Numbered from the stretch's first letter, positions 33,001 through 42,010 are shown. The stretch is DNA of 64,000 bases from Acidobacteria bacterium RIFCSPLOWO2_02_FULL_65_29 (GCA_001767435.1 MEKT01000037.1:25840-89839), one strand, 5' to 3'. Notes: generated by a model from the sequence alone, not told the origin. Program-made: numbers and translations.

Positions 33001-35372
33001 TGGGCGACGGCGGAACGAGCGCCGATGGCGTCGATTTCCGGATCAGAGTCAACGGCGTGCCGTACTGGCAGTTGACGACACAGGCCAACCAATGGATTCC
33101 GGGCGCACTTGATCTCACGCGTTGGAAGGGACAGAACGTTCTCATGGAGTTGGTTACCGACTCCCGCGTGAACTACAACACCGACTGGGCGTATTGGGCC
33201 GACCTGGTCCTGAGCACCAGCACCGTCACCTGTTCGTACAGCGTGCCGTCGTCGGCGTCGATTGGGGCAATCGGCGGATCGTTGGCGGTGAACGTCACCG
33301 CGACCGCGACGTGTCCGTGGTCGACGGTGAGCAACGCGCCCTGGTTGACGATCTCGTCCGGTTCGGGGAGCGGCGACGGCACGGCGAATTACGTTGCGGG
33401 ACCCAATCCCGACACTGCGATTCGCACGGGAACAGTGACCATCGCCGGCCAGGTGCTGACCGTCACTCAGGCCGGAAGAGCCGGCCCCGCCAACTTGGGT
33501 CCCACGGCGTTGAGCTTCGGGGCCACGAAAACCGCGGCGTCTGCCACGCTGACCCATGTCACTCCTCCACAGGACGTGACGGTGACGTTTGCCGGCGCGG
33601 CGAGCGCGTGGACGGCGAGCGCCGATCAGCCATGGGTGCAGATCACGAACGCGTCCGGCGCCACGAGCGGCCAGTTCACGGTAGCGATTGTCAACGCCAA
33701 CAACGTGATCGGCGCCAGCACCTCGATGAGCGCGACGATCACGGTCACGGCGCCGACGGCGAGCAACTCGCCGGTCACGATCCCGGTCACGCTCACGGTG
33801 AGCCCGCCCGGATCGACCGCCGCGCCGTTCGGGTCGTTCGACACGCCCGCCGCCGGTGCGGTGCAGGGATCGATCGCCGTCACCGGCTGGGCTCTCGATG
33901 ACATCGCAGTGGATCGCGTCGAGATCTGGCGCGATCTGGCGGCCGGGGAAACGACGGTGCCGTTCAACGCGCCGGGGCATCCCGGGCATGGGAAGGTGTT
34001 CATCGCGACGCCACTGTTCGTCACCGGATCGCGGCCCGATGTGGAAGCCGCCTTCTCGACCCAGCCGCTCGCGCACCGCGCGGGATGGGGCTACCTGCTG
34101 CTGACGTGGGGTTTGTGGAATCAGGGGAATGGACCGTTCACGTTGTATGCGTTCGCGTTCGATCAAGAAGGGAACACGGTGACGCTGGGGACGAAAACCG
34201 TGACGGCGGACAACGCCGGCGCGATCAAACCCTTCGGGGCGCTGGACACGCCGACCTACGGGCAGACGGTGTCGGGCGCGTTCTGGAATTACGGCTGGGC
34301 GCTGACGCCGAGCCCGAACGCGGTGGACACCCGCACGTGCGCGATCACGAACGGGAACGTGTTCATGGGCATCGACTCGGGTTCTCTGACGCCCGTGAAC
34401 TATGCGGATCTGCGCACGGACATCGCGGGGTTCTTCCCCGGGTTCAGCAACGGCGCGGGCGCGGGCGGCGCGTACTACCTCGACACGACGACGCTGACCA
34501 ACGGGACGCACCAGATCGGCTGGTTCGTCGTGGACAACTGCGGCCGGGCGGACGGCATCGGCAGCCGGTTCTTCACGGTGCTGAACGGGGGTAGCGTGAC
34601 AGTGGACGGTCCGCCTACAGGCGGACACGATATCCATCAGGACGATCAGGTGCCCGCCACCGTCGATCGCGGGGTCCGTCTTCAGCCGGACCTGCAGGAC
34701 GGCGTCGTCCTTCGCGTGCGCCGGTTGAATGGCGAATGGACCGACGTTCCCGCGAACGCGGCGGGTGTCCACGTCGTCGAGATCGGCCAGAGCGAGCGCG
34801 TGGAAGTGCAGCTCCCGGTTGCCGACGGGGCGACGTATACGGGTGCGCAGATGGTCAACAGCGAGCGGCGCGCGCTGCCGATCGGCTCATCGCTCGATGC
34901 GGAGAAGGGGATCTTCTACTGGCAGCCGGCGGCCGGCTTCCTCGGCCGCTTCGACCTGATGTTCGCGTCCGAGGGCGGTGAGCAGACTCCTGTGCGGATC
35001 ATCGTCGGGCCACCGGTGCGCATGACGATCGATACTCCGCAGGCGGGCGTCGCTGTGGACCAGCCGTTCGCGATCGCCGGCTGGGCGATCGATCTCGCCG
35101 CCGACGAGGGATCGGGGATCGACACGGTGCACGTGTGGGCGTACCCAGCGGCGGGCGGCGAGCCGATCTTCCTCGGCGTGGCCGACATCGGCGATGCGCG
35201 TCCGGATGTGGCGGCGATCTACGGTGAGCAGTTCGAGCGATCGTCGTACAGCTTGATCGCGAAACCGCTGGCTCGGGGAACCTATGACGTCGTCTTCTAT
35301 CCTCACCGCGCCGCAACCGGCATGTTCGACGGCGCGCAGGTCGTGAGGGTGACCGTGCGGGCCGGCGCCTAA
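30090..35372 (+). CDS. Giant (about 1760 aa) secreted multidomain protein, probably carbohydrate-active or carbohydrate-binding
   Basis: Signal peptide MPLLAMASVTLLFGALLCADPASA and an N-terminal TIM-barrel-like region. Two NPCBM-like modules (DGVTFRITANG..., DGVDFRIRVNG...). Two BACON-like modules (CSYSV...CPWSTVSNAPWLTI...VTQAG). Three Ig-like C-terminal repeats (FDTP...GWALD). Confidence 0.8.
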   Translation: MPLLAMASVTLLFGALLCADPASAQVVASGKSLTVTTANAVATFNGPDLVGFVNSLTNETYLKNPSAGELAQVDTIASTGQALQSSNWTIGSEPGTGLPLATITSSDSVRTFTLTVKIDPASQEIVLRCGASVSTAGLRGASWSIAGLDFTSGRLIIPANGGRIFDRAHPDIGTSMEYPNNWHAQMAVYESALGSFVMYSTDAQMFFKRLRLSSRGDSTVDVAVATEAVAPFPSATTVPAVEWRLKAFAGDWRVSARLYRDWLLANRPPVSNAAHPWVSDIRAVVGVYRTDASLLTPLAALLVPSQTLLYLVDWRQDSYDINYPDYTPRAGVASFVSSAHALGFKVMLHTDLIGVSPGNADYAAMQPYQLRTPETLDLMGWQWDRLSDPQRFAFIDPAAPSFRALWISRMGAAIAAVAPDALHLDISGYTFNDGNGPIAGLTYPQGTDQFRKDIIAAFPSVALGGEGENDISYRYESFAQIDWNAPNNPGHPIATFLFSPQVRYYGYLGQHLAQDPGFKRDLLEYERRAILPQLPIGSASDLDMSNADNARLIGLIQSWQTHAFQPAWTADWTGALVRYEGLAGSTATLTDSGGLTTLTAAGSTLFQLAHDVNQVTSGSFLNAWPAFDNTTLYGLNPTRLYFLDPVPRPGTTHATSLPAGVQIGSGTVTSTSFAHIEVAPASVPLFDFIGGLIQAHSGVRFQGVDTPLGNGANASPGTITAGGVTRSGLLLQPPFQSQVGGESFVEYSVPVPTNATMQFSVGVDDGGTCTDGVTFRITANGSELWHQHVNRGGWQDILLNVAAWSGTTVALRLISNPGPAGNPHCDRSLWSQLTLAVPPTESIAVPLALATGSVIAGFDGDGTLSSAVPLSATVSNVRVPGAFTVFTQVGAAVSAGTNLASLPFEVWGSSHGERAIPGGIFGSGSIGTATSGGVSKSQTIWAHPPNGGTTILSWVLQLPVGPLRLGLSVGLGDGGTSADGVDFRIRVNGVPYWQLTTQANQWIPGALDLTRWKGQNVLMELVTDSRVNYNTDWAYWADLVLSTSTVTCSYSVPSSASIGAIGGSLAVNVTATATCPWSTVSNAPWLTISSGSGSGDGTANYVAGPNPDTAIRTGTVTIAGQVLTVTQAGRAGPANLGPTALSFGATKTAASATLTHVTPPQDVTVTFAGAASAWTASADQPWVQITNASGATSGQFTVAIVNANNVIGASTSMSATITVTAPTASNSPVTIPVTLTVSPPGSTAAPFGSFDTPAAGAVQGSIAVTGWALDDIAVDRVEIWRDLAAGETTVPFNAPGHPGHGKVFIATPLFVTGSRPDVEAAFSTQPLAHRAGWGYLLLTWGLWNQGNGPFTLYAFAFDQEGNTVTLGTKTVTADNAGAIKPFGALDTPTYGQTVSGAFWNYGWALTPSPNAVDTRTCAITNGNVFMGIDSGSLTPVNYADLRTDIAGFFPGFSNGAGAGGAYYLDTTTLTNGTHQIGWFVVDNCGRADGIGSRFFTVLNGGSVTVDGPPTGGHDIHQDDQVPATVDRGVRLQPDLQDGVVLRVRRLNGEWTDVPANAAGVHVVEIGQSERVEVQLPVADGATYTGAQMVNSERRALPIGSSLDAEKGIFYWQPAAGFLGRFDLMFASEGGEQTPVRIIVGPPVRMTIDTPQAGVAVDQPFAIAGWAIDLAADEGSGIDTVHVWAYPAAGGEPIFLGVADIGDARPDVAAIYGEQFERSSYSLIAKPLARGTYDVVFYPHRAATGMFDGAQVVRVTVRAGA

Positions 35373-35593
35373 TAGCCCGCGCGGACGAGCCACCACAGGG
35401 CCGCTCCGAGCGCAACGCCAACGAGCACGAGCATGGTGCTGCTCTCGGTGAAGAACGGATAGACCGTGAAGAGCGCGCCGAAGAGCACATGAATCCAGCG
35501 CTCCCGCTTCTTGCCGTAGACGATCAGGACGAACCCGGCCCCGCCGGGAAAGAGCGACAGAAAGAGCCACGTCGGATCGAGGTTGAGGCCCAC
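35369..35593 (-). CDS. Small (74 aa) membrane protein
   Basis: Two to three hydrophobic helices and good GC3 bias. Its stop overlaps the stop of the giant ORF (convergent). Confidence 0.45.
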   Translation of the reverse strand: MGLNLDPTWLFLSLFPGGAGFVLIVYGKKRERWIHVLFGALFTVYPFFTESSTMLVLVGVALGAALWWLVRAGY

Positions 35594-35672
35594 CGGCTGG
35601 ATGATACTCTCCGGGGTCTTTCAACCCTTCCTCCAGCCAGCCCGTCCAAAGTTACTGACCTGAGGAGGAGCC

Positions 35673-36503
35673 ATGCGACGAGTGTTGACGGCAGTTGCCT
35701 TTCTTTCGATCATCATCGCCGGGGACGCCGCTCGTGCGGGCGCGCAGACGGCGGACGACTTCCGCTGGAGCGGGCCGATCGCCCTCGGCAAGTCGATTGA
35801 AATCAAAGGTGTGAACGGGGATGTCGAGGCCGTCCTGGCCTCTGGCAGCCAGGTCGAGGTCGTCGCCCGCAAGCGCGCTCGGCGCAGCGACGCCGCCGAT
35901 GTGCGGGTGGAGGTTCTCGAACACGACGGCCACGTCACGATCTGCGCGGTCTATCCGACGCCGGCGCGTTACTCGAGTCGCAACCGACCGGGCCGTCGTG
36001 ACCAGGGTCCGAATGAGTGCCGACCCGGCGACGAGGGCCGGATGAACACCGACAACAACGACGTCCAGGTGGACTTCACCGTGCGCGTGCCGGCCGGCGT
36101 CCGTTTCGTCGGCCGCACGGTCAACGGACGCGTGGATGCCACCTCGCTTCAGAGCGACGTCGACGTCTACACCGTCAACGGGCGCATCATGGTGTCGACA
36201 TCGGGGACCGCGTCGGCCGAAACGGTGAACGGATCGATCGATGCGGCGATCGGCGACGCGAAGTGGGCCAGGCCCCTGGACTTCCACACGGTCAACGGGA
36301 GCATCACGCTCGACCTGCCGAAGAACGCCGCCGCCGAGCTTCGCGCCGAGGTGATGAACGGCGACATCACGTCCGACCTGCCGCTGACGATCCAGAGCAG
36401 CCGCAACCGCGGCCGGCGCATCACCGGCTCGATAGGATCGGGCGGCCAGATGCTCTACCTCAGCACCACCAATGGGAGCATTCGCCTCAGAGCGGCGAGG
36501 TGA
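35673..36503 (+). CDS. DUF4097-like beta-helical putative adhesin
   Basis: Signal peptide plus repeated VNGxI/VNGSI strands (VNGDVEA, VNGRVDA, VNGRIMV, VNGSIDA, VNGSITL, MNGDITS, TNGSIRL). Confidence 0.75.
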   Translation: MRRVLTAVAFLSIIIAGDAARAGAQTADDFRWSGPIALGKSIEIKGVNGDVEAVLASGSQVEVVARKRARRSDAADVRVEVLEHDGHVTICAVYPTPARYSSRNRPGRRDQGPNECRPGDEGRMNTDNNDVQVDFTVRVPAGVRFVGRTVNGRVDATSLQSDVDVYTVNGRIMVSTSGTASAETVNGSIDAAIGDAKWARPLDFHTVNGSITLDLPKNAAAELRAEVMNGDITSDLPLTIQSSRNRGRRITGSIGSGGQMLYLSTTNGSIRLRAAR

Positions 36504-36554
36504 CGCGCGTGTTTTCTCTTGCTGCAATTCTGCGATTCTGCAATCCTGCCACGT

Positions 36555-38450
36555 ATGAATCTGCCCCTGAGGAAGCGGACGCCGGTTGTCGCTCTGGCCC
36601 TCGCCGCGCTCACATTGACCGGCCTGGCGCAGGAACGCGACCGCGCGAAAATCCCGGACCAGTACACGTGGAACCTCGCGGACATCTACGCGACAGACGT
36701 CGCGTGGCGAGCCTCGAAGGACAGGCTGCAGGCCGCGCTGCCCGAGCTCGGCCAGTTCAAGGGTCGGCTGGCCTCGTCGGCATCGACACTGGCTGACGCG
36801 CTCGACAAGCTCTACGCGTTCGACAAGGAGCTCTCGCGTCAATTCGTCTACGCGAGCATGCTCGCCGACCAGGACACACGCGACGCGACGCACCAGGGCA
36901 TGCGGCAGGAGATGACGCAGCTGGCGGCGGCGTTCTCGGCTCGAGTGTCGTATGTCGAGCCCGAAGTGCTGCGGTTTCCCGCCGGGACGGTCGCCAGGTT
37001 CGTGTCCTCGGAGCCGCGACTGAGGAACTACCGTTTCTACCTCGAGGACATCGCGCGGCGCGCGGCGCACACGCTCACCGAAGGCGAAGAGAAGATTCTG
37101 GCCGACGCTGGGCCGCTGGCCGGCTCGCCGTCGAACACGTTCAACATTCTGTCGAACGCCGACTTCCCGTATCCCACGGTCCAGCTGAGCGACGGCCGCT
37201 CGGTGAAAATCGATCAGGCCGCCTTCGCCCCTCTTCGCGGGCTGCCCAACCGCACCGATCGACAGAACGTGATGTCGTCGTTCTTCACCGCGCTCGGCGG
37301 CTTCGGCCGCACCTTCGGCACGACGATGAACAGCGAAGTGCAGAAGGTGCTGTTCTTCTCGAATGCGCGAAAGTACTCTTCAGCGCTCGAGGCACAGCTC
37401 GACGGCCCGAACATCCCCGCCTCGGTTTACACGCGTTTGATCGAGGGCGTTGGCCGGGAGCTGCCCACCTTTCATCGCTATCTGAAGCTTCGCAAGCGAA
37501 TGATGGGTCTCGACGAGCTGCATTACTACGACCTGTACGCGCCGCTCGTGGGCTCCGTGCGGCTCGATTACACGCCGGAGGAGGCGCAGAAGCTCGTGCT
37601 GGCCGCCGTCGCGCCTCTCGGTTCGGAATACCAGTCCGTCATTCAGCGCGCGTTCAACGAGCGATGGATCGACTTGTTTCCGACGCCCGGCAAGCGCTCG
37701 GGCGCCTACTCGAACGGCGGCGCCTACGACGTGCACCCCTACATGCTCATCAACTACAACGGGCATTACGACGACGTGAGCACGCTGGCGCACGAGCTCG
37801 GGCACACGATGCAAAGCTATTTCTCGAACCGGACCCAGCCGTACGCGCTCGCGAACTATCCAATCTTCGTCGCGGAAGTGGCGTCGACGTTCAACGAGGC
37901 TCTCCTCATCGATTACATGCTCAAGGCGATCAAGGACCCCGACGCCCGGCTGTCGCTCCTCGGCAACTACCTCGAGAACATCAAAGGCACGGTGTTCCGC
38001 CAGACGCAGTTCGCCGAGTTCGAGCTGCGCATGCACGAGATGGCTCAGAAGGGCCAGCCGCTCACAGGCGACGCGCTGTCAAAGCTGTACATGGACATCA
38101 CGAAGCGTTACTACGGCCACGACCAGGGTGTATGCGTCGTGGACGATTACATTGCCAACGAGTGGAGCTACATTCCGCACTTCTACCGCGACTTCTACGT
38201 GTTTCAGTACGCCACCTCGTTCACCGCGTCGGCGGCGCTGGCCGAGAAGGTGAAGGCCGGCGATCCGGACGCGCGGAGACGCTATCTGGCCTTTCTCGCC
38301 GCGGGCGGCTCCAAGTACCCGATCGACCTCCTGAAGGACGCGGGCGTGGACATGACAACCGACGAGCCGCTCACCCTGACGATGCGGGAGATGAACCGGG
38401 TGATGGACGAGATGGAGAAGCTGCTGGCGTCGCGCCCTGGAAAGAAGTAA
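36555..38450 (+). CDS. pepF: Oligoendopeptidase F (M3B family)
   Basis: HELGHTM zinc motif, typical PepF length and flanking sequence, and a signal-like N-terminus. Confidence 0.9.
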   Translation: MNLPLRKRTPVVALALAALTLTGLAQERDRAKIPDQYTWNLADIYATDVAWRASKDRLQAALPELGQFKGRLASSASTLADALDKLYAFDKELSRQFVYASMLADQDTRDATHQGMRQEMTQLAAAFSARVSYVEPEVLRFPAGTVARFVSSEPRLRNYRFYLEDIARRAAHTLTEGEEKILADAGPLAGSPSNTFNILSNADFPYPTVQLSDGRSVKIDQAAFAPLRGLPNRTDRQNVMSSFFTALGGFGRTFGTTMNSEVQKVLFFSNARKYSSALEAQLDGPNIPASVYTRLIEGVGRELPTFHRYLKLRKRMMGLDELHYYDLYAPLVGSVRLDYTPEEAQKLVLAAVAPLGSEYQSVIQRAFNERWIDLFPTPGKRSGAYSNGGAYDVHPYMLINYNGHYDDVSTLAHELGHTMQSYFSNRTQPYALANYPIFVAEVASTFNEALLIDYMLKAIKDPDARLSLLGNYLENIKGTVFRQTQFAEFELRMHEMAQKGQPLTGDALSKLYMDITKRYYGHDQGVCVVDDYIANEWSYIPHFYRDFYVFQYATSFTASAALAEKVKAGDPDARRRYLAFLAAGGSKYPIDLLKDAGVDMTTDEPLTLTMREMNRVMDEMEKLLASRPGKK

Positions 38451-38522
38451 GAAGTGAGAACTTAGAAGTTAGAATAAGTTAGAAGTCAGAAGTTAGAAGG
38501 AAGAAATGAGCATTCCGCGCAT

Positions 38523-39707
38523 ATGACGACGGCCACGATCGACCAGGCACTACCTGCTGGAATGGCGAAGCCGTCGTTCAACCCGGCCCCGATCGTGGTG
38601 GCGTTGGCGGTGATCGCCGCGGGGACGTGGTACCTGGGATCGACGTTCGCGTGGCGGCAGGGCGCGCTGTTTCTGGTCGGTGTCGGCGCGGGCGTGGTGC
38701 TCTATCACGCGGCGTTCGGCTTCACGTCGGCGTGGCGCGTGATGATCACCGAAGGGCAGGGCGACGGCCTGCGCGCGCAGATGCTGATGCTGGCCGTGAC
38801 GTGCGCCGTGTTCTTCCCGGTGCTGGCCCAGGGCGAGATCTTCGGCCGCGCGGTTCGAGGGTCGGTGTCGCCGGTCGGCGTGTCGGTCGTGGTCGGCGCC
38901 TTTCTTTTCGGCCTTGGCATGCAGCTCGGCGGCGGCTGTGCGTCCGGCACGCTGTACACGGCCGGCGGCGGCAGCGTGCGCATGCTCGTCACGCTGGCCG
39001 CGTTCATTGTCGGATCAGTCGTCGGCGTGATTCACCAGCCGCTTTGGGACCAAGCGCCCCGCATCGCGCCGATCTCGATGGTCTCGAGTCTTGGCGTTGT
39101 CCCCGCGCTCGGCCTCAACCTCGCGATCTTCGGGGCGATTGCGCTCGTCTCTCTTGTCATCGAACGTCGCACGTCGCGCGTCGCACGTCGCACGGCCTTT
39201 GCGTGGCTGCGAGGCCCGTGGCCCCTGGCGGCGGGCGCGATTGGTCTCGCTGCGGTCAACATCGCGACGCTCGCCCTCGCCGGCCGCCCATGGGGCGTCA
39301 CGTCGGCGTTTGCCCTGTGGGGATCGAAGATCGTCGCCGCCACGGGCGTCGACGTGGCCGCGTGGCCCTACTGGCAGTCGCGCGCCGCCGAGTTGCGCGG
39401 GACCGTATTGAGCGATGTGACGTCGGTGATGAATGTCGGGATTATCCTCGGCGCGCTCACCGCGTCCGGTCTGGCCGGCCGTTTCGCGCCAACCTTCCGC
39501 GTACCCGCCCGGTCGCTCGCCGCCGCCCTCCTCGGCGGTCTCATGCTCGGCTACGGCGCGCGCATCGCCTACGGCTGCAACATCGGCGCCTACTTCGGCG
39601 GCATTGCTTCGTCGAGCGTGCACGGATGGCTCTGGTTCGCCGCCGCGTTCGCCGGCAGCGCACTCGGCACGCGGCTCCGGCCCTTCTTCGGCCTGCGGGT
39701 GGAGTAG
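38523..39707 (+). CDS. YeeE/YedE family sulfur-compound (thiosulfate-type) transporter
   Basis: Polytopic ORF with duplicated conserved Cys motifs GGGCASGTLY and YGCNIGAYFGG. Confidence 0.85.
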   Translation: MTTATIDQALPAGMAKPSFNPAPIVVALAVIAAGTWYLGSTFAWRQGALFLVGVGAGVVLYHAAFGFTSAWRVMITEGQGDGLRAQMLMLAVTCAVFFPVLAQGEIFGRAVRGSVSPVGVSVVVGAFLFGLGMQLGGGCASGTLYTAGGGSVRMLVTLAAFIVGSVVGVIHQPLWDQAPRIAPISMVSSLGVVPALGLNLAIFGAIALVSLVIERRTSRVARRTAFAWLRGPWPLAAGAIGLAAVNIATLALAGRPWGVTSAFALWGSKIVAATGVDVAAWPYWQSRAAELRGTVLSDVTSVMNVGIILGALTASGLAGRFAPTFRVPARSLAAALLGGLMLGYGARIAYGCNIGAYFGGIASSSVHGWLWFAAAFAGSALGTRLRPFFGLRVE

Positions 39708-39718
39708 CGAGCCGCTCC

Positions 39719-40240
39719 GTGCGCCTTTCGCTTCGCACCTGCGAGGTCCGCTCTTGGGAGACGGCCGACGTGGTGTCGCTCGTGGCCCAGGCCAACAATC
39801 GGAACATCTGGATCAATCTGCGCGACCGCTTCCCTCATCCCTACACGAAGAGCGACGGCCAGACGTTCATTCGCGAGTCTCGCAAGATGCAACCGGAGAC
39901 CAACTTCGCCATTGCCGTCGAGGGTCTCGCCGTGGGTGGCGCAGGATTCCTGCTGCAGTCGGACGTCGACCGGGTGTCGGCCGAGATCGGCTACTGGCTG
40001 GGCGAGCCGTACTGGGGAAGGGGTATTGCCACCGAGGCGCTGGTCGCGCTGACCCGGCACGCGATCGACACGCACGGGCTGACGCGCATCTTCGCGCTGC
40101 CGTTTGCGCACAACCCCGCCTCGTGCCGCGTTCTCGAGAAGACCGGCTACGTTCTCGAGGCCAGGCTGCGCAGGAGCGCCATCAAGGACGGCCGGATCGT
40201 CGACCAGATGCAGTATGCCTACATAGTCGCTAGTCGATAG
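39719..40240 (+). CDS. GNAT family N-acetyltransferase (RimJ/RimL-like)
   Basis: GTG start. Motif YWLGEPYWGRGIATEAL...HNPASCRVLEKTGY. Confidence 0.8.
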   Translation: MRLSLRTCEVRSWETADVVSLVAQANNRNIWINLRDRFPHPYTKSDGQTFIRESRKMQPETNFAIAVEGLAVGGAGFLLQSDVDRVSAEIGYWLGEPYWGRGIATEALVALTRHAIDTHGLTRIFALPFAHNPASCRVLEKTGYVLEARLRRSAIKDGRIVDQMQYAYIVASR

Positions 40241-40256
40241 TCGTTAGTCCTGCCAA

Positions 40257-40350
40257 GTCCTCAAATCCTGAAATCCTGAAATCCTCAAATCCTCAAATCC
40301 TCAAATCCTCAAATCCTCAAATCCTCAAATCCTCAGATTCCTAGATTCTT
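40257..40350. repeat. Tandem octamer array (AAATCCTC-type, about 11-12 units)
   Basis: gtcctcaa atcctgaa atcctgaa then six perfect atcctcaa units, decaying to attcctag attcttta. Confidence 0.9.
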
Positions 40351-40420
40351 TAGATCATTAACCCGCGCATGAGTGCGGCTATACTGCAGCATGACGAAAA
40401 GGCGCGCACAGCGCGCCTGC

Positions 40421-40548
40421 GTCCCTCGACGATGCTCGGGACGCCCTGAGCCATTGTCGTCCCTCGACTGGGCTCGGGACGACCCTGAGCCAGTCGAAGG
40501 GTCGAAGGGCGAGGGAGCGGGGCGCCCTGAGCGGGGAGTCGAAGGGCG
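40421..40548. repeat. REP-like composite repeat (CCCTCGAC..GCTCGGGA..CCCTGAGC..GTCGAAGGG units), left copy
   Basis: Two and a half units. Roughly 85% identical (by eye) to 41926-42010, in the same orientation. Confidence 0.6.
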
Positions 40549-40597
40549 CGACCGAGCCGGGTGTGGGGCGGAGCCCCACGTGAGTAAGGAGCCCCAG

Positions 40598-41839
40598 ATG
40601 AAACGCATGATCGCCGCGCTTGCCTCGGGAGTCGTCTTCGCGCTGGCCCTGGCTTCCCTCGTTTCGGCCGAGCAGCGGACGCCTGCTGCTCAGACGCCCA
40701 CTGCCCAAAGCGCGCGGCCGCAGGCTGCGCCGTACTTTCCCGATCGGTTCGATTGGCAGCACAAGCGGCCTGAAGAAGTCGGCATGAACCCAGCGCTCGT
40801 GGCGGAGGCCGTGAAGGCCGCCACGGACCGCGAAATCACCGCGAACCGCGATCTGAACCTCGAGCAGGCGACGAGCTTCGGCAGAAACGAGCCGTACGAC
40901 ACCGTGATCGGACCGCTCAAGCCAAGGGGTCCCGCAAGCGGCCTCATCGTCCGCAACGGCTACATCGTGGCGGAGTGGGGCGAGCCGATTCGCGTGGACG
41001 TGACCAACAGCGTCACGAAGACGTTTCTGACGACGGTCATCGGGTTGGCGTGGCAGCGCGGTCTCATTCGCGACATCGACGACTACGCCCGCGACTACAT
41101 GCCGCCGGGCGTGGATCTGTTCGAAGCCGAGCACAACCAGAAGATCAAATGGGAGCATCTGTTGCGTCAGACCAGCGACTGGCAGGGCACGCTGTGGGGC
41201 AAACCCGACTGGGCGGACCGGCCCGAGGGTAAGACCTCTGCCGACTGGCCGAACCGGCCGCTGCGCGAGCCCGGGACCCACTTCAAGTACAACGACGTGC
41301 GAGTGAACGCGATGTCGCTCGCGGCGCTGCAGGTGTGGCGGCGTCCGTTGCCGCAGGTGCTGAACGAAGAGCTGATGGAGCCGATCGGCGCCTCGTCGAC
41401 GTGGCGCTGGTACGGCTACGACAATTCGTGGGTGGACATCGATGGGCAGAAGATCCAGTCCGTGTCTGGCGGCGGCCACTGGGGCGGGGGCATGTTCATC
41501 AACGCGTACGACATGGCGCGCTTCGGGTATCTCTTCCTGCGCAACGGCAAGTGGAAGGACGAGCCGATCGTCTCCGAGAAGTGGATTCAGATGGCGCGAA
41601 CGCCGGGGCCGGCCAACCACAACTACGGGTTCGCCAACTGGTATCTGAACACGGACGGGAAGCAGGTGGCGGCGGCCCCAGTCACCGCCGTGCGCTTTGT
41701 CGGCAACGGCAACAACATCATCTACATCGACTGGCAGAACGATCTGGTGATCGTCACGCGCTGGTCGAGCGGGCTCAACGATCTCGTCGGCAAGACCATC
41801 GCGTCGCTCAAGCCGGCGTCGACCACTGCGTCGCGATAA
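40598..41839 (+). CDS. Secreted serine hydrolase (beta-lactamase/transpeptidase-like)
   Basis: AAGGA RBS and signal peptide MKRMIAALASGVVFALALASLVSA. SxxK motif in NSVTKTF. Confidence 0.75.
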   Translation: MKRMIAALASGVVFALALASLVSAEQRTPAAQTPTAQSARPQAAPYFPDRFDWQHKRPEEVGMNPALVAEAVKAATDREITANRDLNLEQATSFGRNEPYDTVIGPLKPRGPASGLIVRNGYIVAEWGEPIRVDVTNSVTKTFLTTVIGLAWQRGLIRDIDDYARDYMPPGVDLFEAEHNQKIKWEHLLRQTSDWQGTLWGKPDWADRPEGKTSADWPNRPLREPGTHFKYNDVRVNAMSLAALQVWRRPLPQVLNEELMEPIGASSTWRWYGYDNSWVDIDGQKIQSVSGGGHWGGGMFINAYDMARFGYLFLRNGKWKDEPIVSEKWIQMARTPGPANHNYGFANWYLNTDGKQVAAAPVTAVRFVGNGNNIIYIDWQNDLVIVTRWSSGLNDLVGKTIASLKPASTTASR

Positions 41840-41925
41840 GCCTGAGCCACGAAGGCACGAAAACACGAAGAAGAATATTTTTTCGTGACGACGCGTCCTC
41901 GTGGCCGCCTAGGACGATCACCGCA

Positions 41926-42010
41926 TCCCTCGACAGGCTCGGGATGCCCTGAGCTAGTCGCCCCTCGACGGTGCTCGGGACCACCCTGAGCCAGTCGAAG
42001 GGTCGAAGGG
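41926..42010. repeat. REP-like composite repeat, right copy
   Basis: tccctcgacaggctcgggatgccctgagc...ccctcgacggtgctcgggaccaccctgagccagtcgaagggtcgaaggg. Confidence 0.6.

Noticed and set aside
40257-40350. CRISPR array
   Set aside because: The repeats are contiguous 8-mers with no spacers, and there are no cas genes. The same applies to 55451-55508.
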